Of a stretch of DNA of 64,000 bases, positions 60,462 to 64,000 are shown piece after piece. The stretch lies in sequence record NZ_CP092738.1, one strand, 5' to 3'. The notes beneath the pieces are model-generated. The model did not search any database. It worked only from the letters and a program-made list of their open reading frames with translations, and was not told the origin of the DNA. The stretch comes from a plasmid. Each line of letters begins with the position of its first letter. The stretch's first letter is position 1. Both the position numbers and the translations under genes were made by a program.

Positions 60462-61175
60462 AGTGGAAGAAATGATGGAGTAATTTACATTAGAAGTACT
60501 GAAAGAATTAAATTCTTTAATACAATAACCATAAAATCAAATTCCTGAAGTTGACTATTCTCGGCTCAAAGAGATCCCATGATATAGAGCTAGAAGGTGT
60601 TGCGGATTACAGAGAGAAGTTGTCAAAGGTGAAATAACAATTGGATACCGATCGGAGGACTGTTAAATGAAAGATGTCGAAATTTTAAAGGAAGTTCAGC
60701 ATTCGAAATTGGTAAAGTATGAATGGGTACGCTTAATGAACAAATGTTCATTTTTGATACATAATCCACATTATCGGAAGTTGATTGTTGTATCATTTAA
60801 AAAAAAATATACTTGAAACACTGAACGTTTCCTCACCTAAAGATCTACACGGAACTGCTTTTGAGAATCATCTATCGGTCTTATTGAACTGCACTACAGC
60901 TCTATTTTCTAATCTTTTGGGATTGATAGATTCCAGGGCTTTATGATATTCGTATATTCTGCTATTATTAGGTAGTTATACGAAATTCGATTATTTGCAG
61001 TTATGCGACATGCTAAAAATTATAGGGGTTAAGTGATGCCAATTACAATACAAAGTGTACATGATTTACGAAATTATTTCAAAGGGGTAGTAACGCGTTC
61101 TAAGCACCATGCCCCTAAAGTTGATCAAATTATTTACTCATTGGTCGGACATGTCATTTTAAAACCGGGTTTCAC

Positions 61176-61296
61176 CACATTTGCTTTGTCACTTCGGTTC
61201 GCGGGACGGCGCTAAGGCGCCTCGAACCTTGTGCCAATTCTTCCGCGCGTTTAGACGCGCTCCAGAACCGCAAACGTCGAGGAGACTCTTTCGTTA
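61176..61296. repeat. GC-rich ~120-bp structured repeat, copy 1
   Basis: cacatttgctttgtcacttcggttcgcgggacggcgctaaggcgcc...gcgcgtttagacgcgc... contains hairpins GGCGC-TAAG-GCGCC and GCGCGT-TTAG-ACGCGC. About 60% GC, against an AT-rich background. Confidence 0.8.
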
Positions 61297-61345
61297 TACG
61301 CAATCGCAAAAGAAAATATTAAATAAAAGAGACTGTAAAAAATTT

Positions 61346-62310
61346 ATGAAAAGTTATGTTTTAAGAATCAATTCCTCTTTAAGTGAAACATTGATTTCTA
61401 ATAAGAATGAAAATCGTATATCAATTGGCTGGTGTGACGCGAAAGAGTTACTCAATGCTGAACTTAATTGGTATGGTTTTCGAGAAGTATTACATCGAGT
61501 TTATTATGCAGACCGAAAAACTTATCGTGCCGCAGGAAACGCAGGAGCAAGTCTTTGGAATTTTATTCGAAACATGAAAAAAGATGACTATGTTTTGATT
61601 CCTAGCATAATTTTGATTTTTATATTGCTAAAATTATTTCCGATGACCTAGACTATATAGAAGAAAAAATTTCTGAAGAAACCGCTTTTTCACGAAAAGC
61701 TATCTGGTTAAATAATGGACAACCAATCAAAAGAAATCAAGTACGGTCAAAAATCATATCTAGACTAAAAGTCTACCAGACTTGTGTAGATTGTTCCGAT
61801 TTAAATAATGAAATTTTAGAATTATTAGAAGACATTGCATCCAACCGTACTTCAAATTTTGAAGATGACTTACGTAAAGACGTAACTAAAACAATTCTGA
61901 ATGCTCTACATACTGGAAAAATTGAAAATTTTGGCTTTGAAAGGCTATTAAAAAATCTATTCATTAAATTAGGATCACGGGAAACCAAAATCGTTCCCAG
62001 ATCCAAAGATAAAGGCTCTGATTTAATAGTTGAATTTTACATTTTTGATATAGTTCCTGTTCAAATATCCGTACAAGCAAAGCATTGGAACGAATCGAAT
62101 CCAGTTAAAAGAGAGGAAATTGAGCAATTAAAAACAGGAATCGAAAGCGATGGGACTAATTATGGCTTATTTATTACTAGTGGAATTTACACGCAAGAAG
62201 CAATGGATTATGTAGAACAACTATACACTGAAGGAATTATCATACATTTGATTGATGGGCTTCAGCTATCTAGTTTATTATTCAAAGAATCTGTTTTCGA
62301 TCTTACATAA
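61346..62310 (+). pseudogene. Mrr-cat-type restriction endonuclease gene with a frameshift near 61600-61650
   Basis: The N-terminal part lies in ORF 61181..61651 (from MKSYVL). The rest lies in frame 0 (61606..62310: ...RSKDKGSDLIVEF...ISVQAKHWNE...GLFITSGIYTQEA..IHLIDG) and has no ATG. Confidence 0.5.
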
Positions 62311-62387
62311 GCTTTGCGACAGCGTATAACTTCGTCTCCTCGCTGCGTTCGAGATTTGCTCCGCAAACTCTCACTCCAGGCTAAAGC

Positions 62388-62510
62388 CACACTTGCTTTG
62401 TCACTTGGTTCGCGGGACGGCGCTAAGGCGCCTTGAACCTTGTGCCAATTCTTCCGCGCGTTTAGACGCGCTCCAGAACCGCAAACGTCGAGGAGACTCT
62501 TTCGTTAGGC
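62388..62510. repeat. GC-rich structured repeat, copy 2
   Basis: About 95% identical to copy 1. Ends ...cgttaggcgacagtttttaaatat. Confidence 0.8.
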
Positions 62511-62614
62511 GACAGTTTTTAAATATTTTTTTGCAATGAAGATTTTTGAGCTCAATCCCAATCTTTAGTTTCTTTTCAGTTGACAAATTTATACGTAATT
62601 ACATAGTAATTACA

Positions 62615-62863
62615 ATGAAGGCTTCAGTCGTAAAAATAGGCAATTCCAAAGGTATTCGAATTCCCAAGGCAGTCTTAGAAGAATGTCATATTGAAGAAGA
62701 AGTAGATTTACTAATCGATAATAACAAATTAATTATTGTACCTCTAAAATCGAAACCAAGAGAAGGGTGGGAAAAACAATTTAAAACAATGTCATCTAAT
62801 AAAGATGATAAATTATTTATTCCTGATTCAATAGATTTATTAGACAAGGATTGGGAATGGTGA
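62615..62863 (+). CDS. mazE: MazE/AbrB/SpoVT-family antitoxin
   Basis: MKASVVKIGNSKGIRIPKAVLEE (AbrB/MazE swapped-hairpin motif). ATG at 62615 inside track ORF 62546..62863. Confidence 0.7.
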   Translation: MKASVVKIGNSKGIRIPKAVLEECHIEEEVDLLIDNNKLIIVPLKSKPREGWEKQFKTMSSNKDDKLFIPDSIDLLDKDWEW

Positions 62864-63180
62864 TTTCTCAATACGAAGTATATCTAATAAATTTAGATCC
62901 AACGGTTGGACATGAGATAAAAAAATCAAGACCTTGTGCAATAATCTCACCCAATGAAATGAATAAAACGATTGGAACAATTATTATTGCACCAATGACT
63001 ACAAAATCTCGATCATATCCGACAAGAGTTGAATTAACCTTTCAAGGAAAGAAGGGTTGGATTGTGTTAGATCAGATTCGAGCTGTTGATAAAACACGTC
63101 TGGTAAAGAAGTTAGGAAAAATAGATCCCAAAACAGTTAATAAAATGAAACTGGTAATAAAGGAAATGTTGGTTGATTAA
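62851..63180 (+). CDS. mazF: MazF/PemK-family endoribonuclease toxin
   Basis: ...YEVYLINLDPTVGHEIKKSRPCAIISPNEMNK...IIAPMTT... Overlaps the mazE stop. Confidence 0.8.
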   Translation: MGMVISQYEVYLINLDPTVGHEIKKSRPCAIISPNEMNKTIGTIIIAPMTTKSRSYPTRVELTFQGKKGWIVLDQIRAVDKTRLVKKLGKIDPKTVNKMKLVIKEMLVD

Positions 63181-63224
63181 GAATTGATCGATTTTCTAAA
63201 AACCGTCGCCTCACTCCGGCTCCG

Positions 63225-63260
63225 CACATTTGCTTTGTCACTCGGTTCGCGGAACGGCGT
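63225..63260. repeat. GC-rich repeat, copy 3 (left part only). The matching right end is at 63488..63515.
   Basis: cacatttgctttgtcactcggttcgcggaacggcg, and ...cgttggacgacagttttaaatat about 225 bp downstream. Confidence 0.7.
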
Positions 63261-63301
63261 ATCGTATGCTACCAATATAGTTGTAGATTAATTCATCATT
63301 A

Positions 63302-63472
63302 TATGGAAAAATATTCAGATCGGCCAATGGATTTTGCAGATGCTTCTTTAGTAAGTCTTTCTGAAATTTATGAAATAAAAGATATTTTAACTTTAGATAG
63401 TGATTTCCTTTTTTACAAAACAAAAAAAGGCAAAGCTTTAAACATTCTTAATTCCGAGATGATAAAATATTA
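63302..63472 (+). CDS. small ORF (56 aa) with a PIN-domain-like C-terminal fragment
   Basis: Hand translation MEKYSDRPMDFADASLVSLSEIYEIKDILTLDSDFLFYK... Below the track cutoff. Lies between the split halves of repeat copy 3. Confidence 0.25.
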
Positions 63473-63654
63473 AATCAGAGCACGCATAACGCCGTTGGAC
63501 GACAGTTTTAAATATCTTTTTTTTGGCATTGGATCATCACAATGATAAATTTAAATTCATTTTGAAAATAAACTCGCCCATACTTCTAGTAGCTTCGCCG
63601 TTTGGAAGTGTAGCAAAAAAATTCCAATGAAATATATATACTACCAAGATAAAT

Positions 63655-64000
63655 AAATGAAACAAGGCTCCAATTCGATTCCATTTCTTTTTATTTCCTT
63701 CTTGATAAGATCCCATCCAAAGCCCTTATACGGCTAAAAAACGTATTTCCTTATCCTCTCTTAGGGATTCACTCTGACAACGGTTCTGAATTCATTAATG
63801 AATCAATCATTCGATTTTCCGAAAAGTATCATCTAATCTTTACACGTGCCCGTCCTTACAAAAAGAACGATAACCCTCACGTAGAACAAAAAAACTTTTC
63901 AGTTGTTCGAAGAAATACTGGTTATCTCAGATTCGATAAATCAGAACACTTCGAAATTTTAGTAAAACTTTATTCTTTATTAAATCTTTATAATAACTTC
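63655..64000 (+). CDS. rve/DDE transposase fragment running off the window end
   Basis: Hand translation ...PYPLLGIHSDNGSEFINESIIRFSEKYHLIFTRARPYKKNDNPHVEQKNFSVVRR... No start codon inside the window. Confidence 0.45.

Overview
The window is AT-rich (~35-40% GC) and packed with IS elements, lipobox-type lipoproteins, an LRR lipoprotein, Lcl/DUF1566 proteins and Rpn paralogs. That profile points to a Leptospira-type spirochaete accessory region or genomic island; this is an inference and no database search was possible. The centrepiece at 29.4-49 kb is a polymorphic-toxin locus with four parts. First, a 2300-aa secreted RHS/YD-repeat protein with SpvB-like, FG-GAP-like and RHS-core domains plus a variable C-terminal toxin. 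Second, three downstream orphan RHS-core+toxin cassettes plus one toxin fragment. Third, two families of small lipoprotein immunity genes. Fourth, conserved hairpin-containing inter-cassette repeats. The orphan array is bracketed by paralogous modules that I could not match to any described system: a LuxI/FeeM-like GNAT-fold acyltransferase paired with a polytopic membrane protein, each next to an AraC regulator (one fused to a 7TM domain) and a CI-repressor-like HTH protein. Other content follows. IS elements: an IS110 3' end, two IS481-like copies (one intact, one degenerate), an older IS481-like remnant, an IS3 with an orfAB frameshift, an IS982/IS5-type remnant and an rve fragment at the window end. 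Toxin-antitoxin pairs: hicAB and mazEF. Rpn paralogs: a tandem array of Rpn-family nuclease genes with a duplicated 2.2-kb non-coding block. Replicon-like genes: a plasmid/prophage-like parA-parB-rep module and a second rep-like gene with internal repeats. Repair genes: umuD-umuC plus an SRAP (YedK-like) gene. Unusual repeats: GC-rich structured repeats flank the mazEF and a frameshifted Mrr-like cassette. No rRNA, tRNA or CRISPR was recognised by eye.
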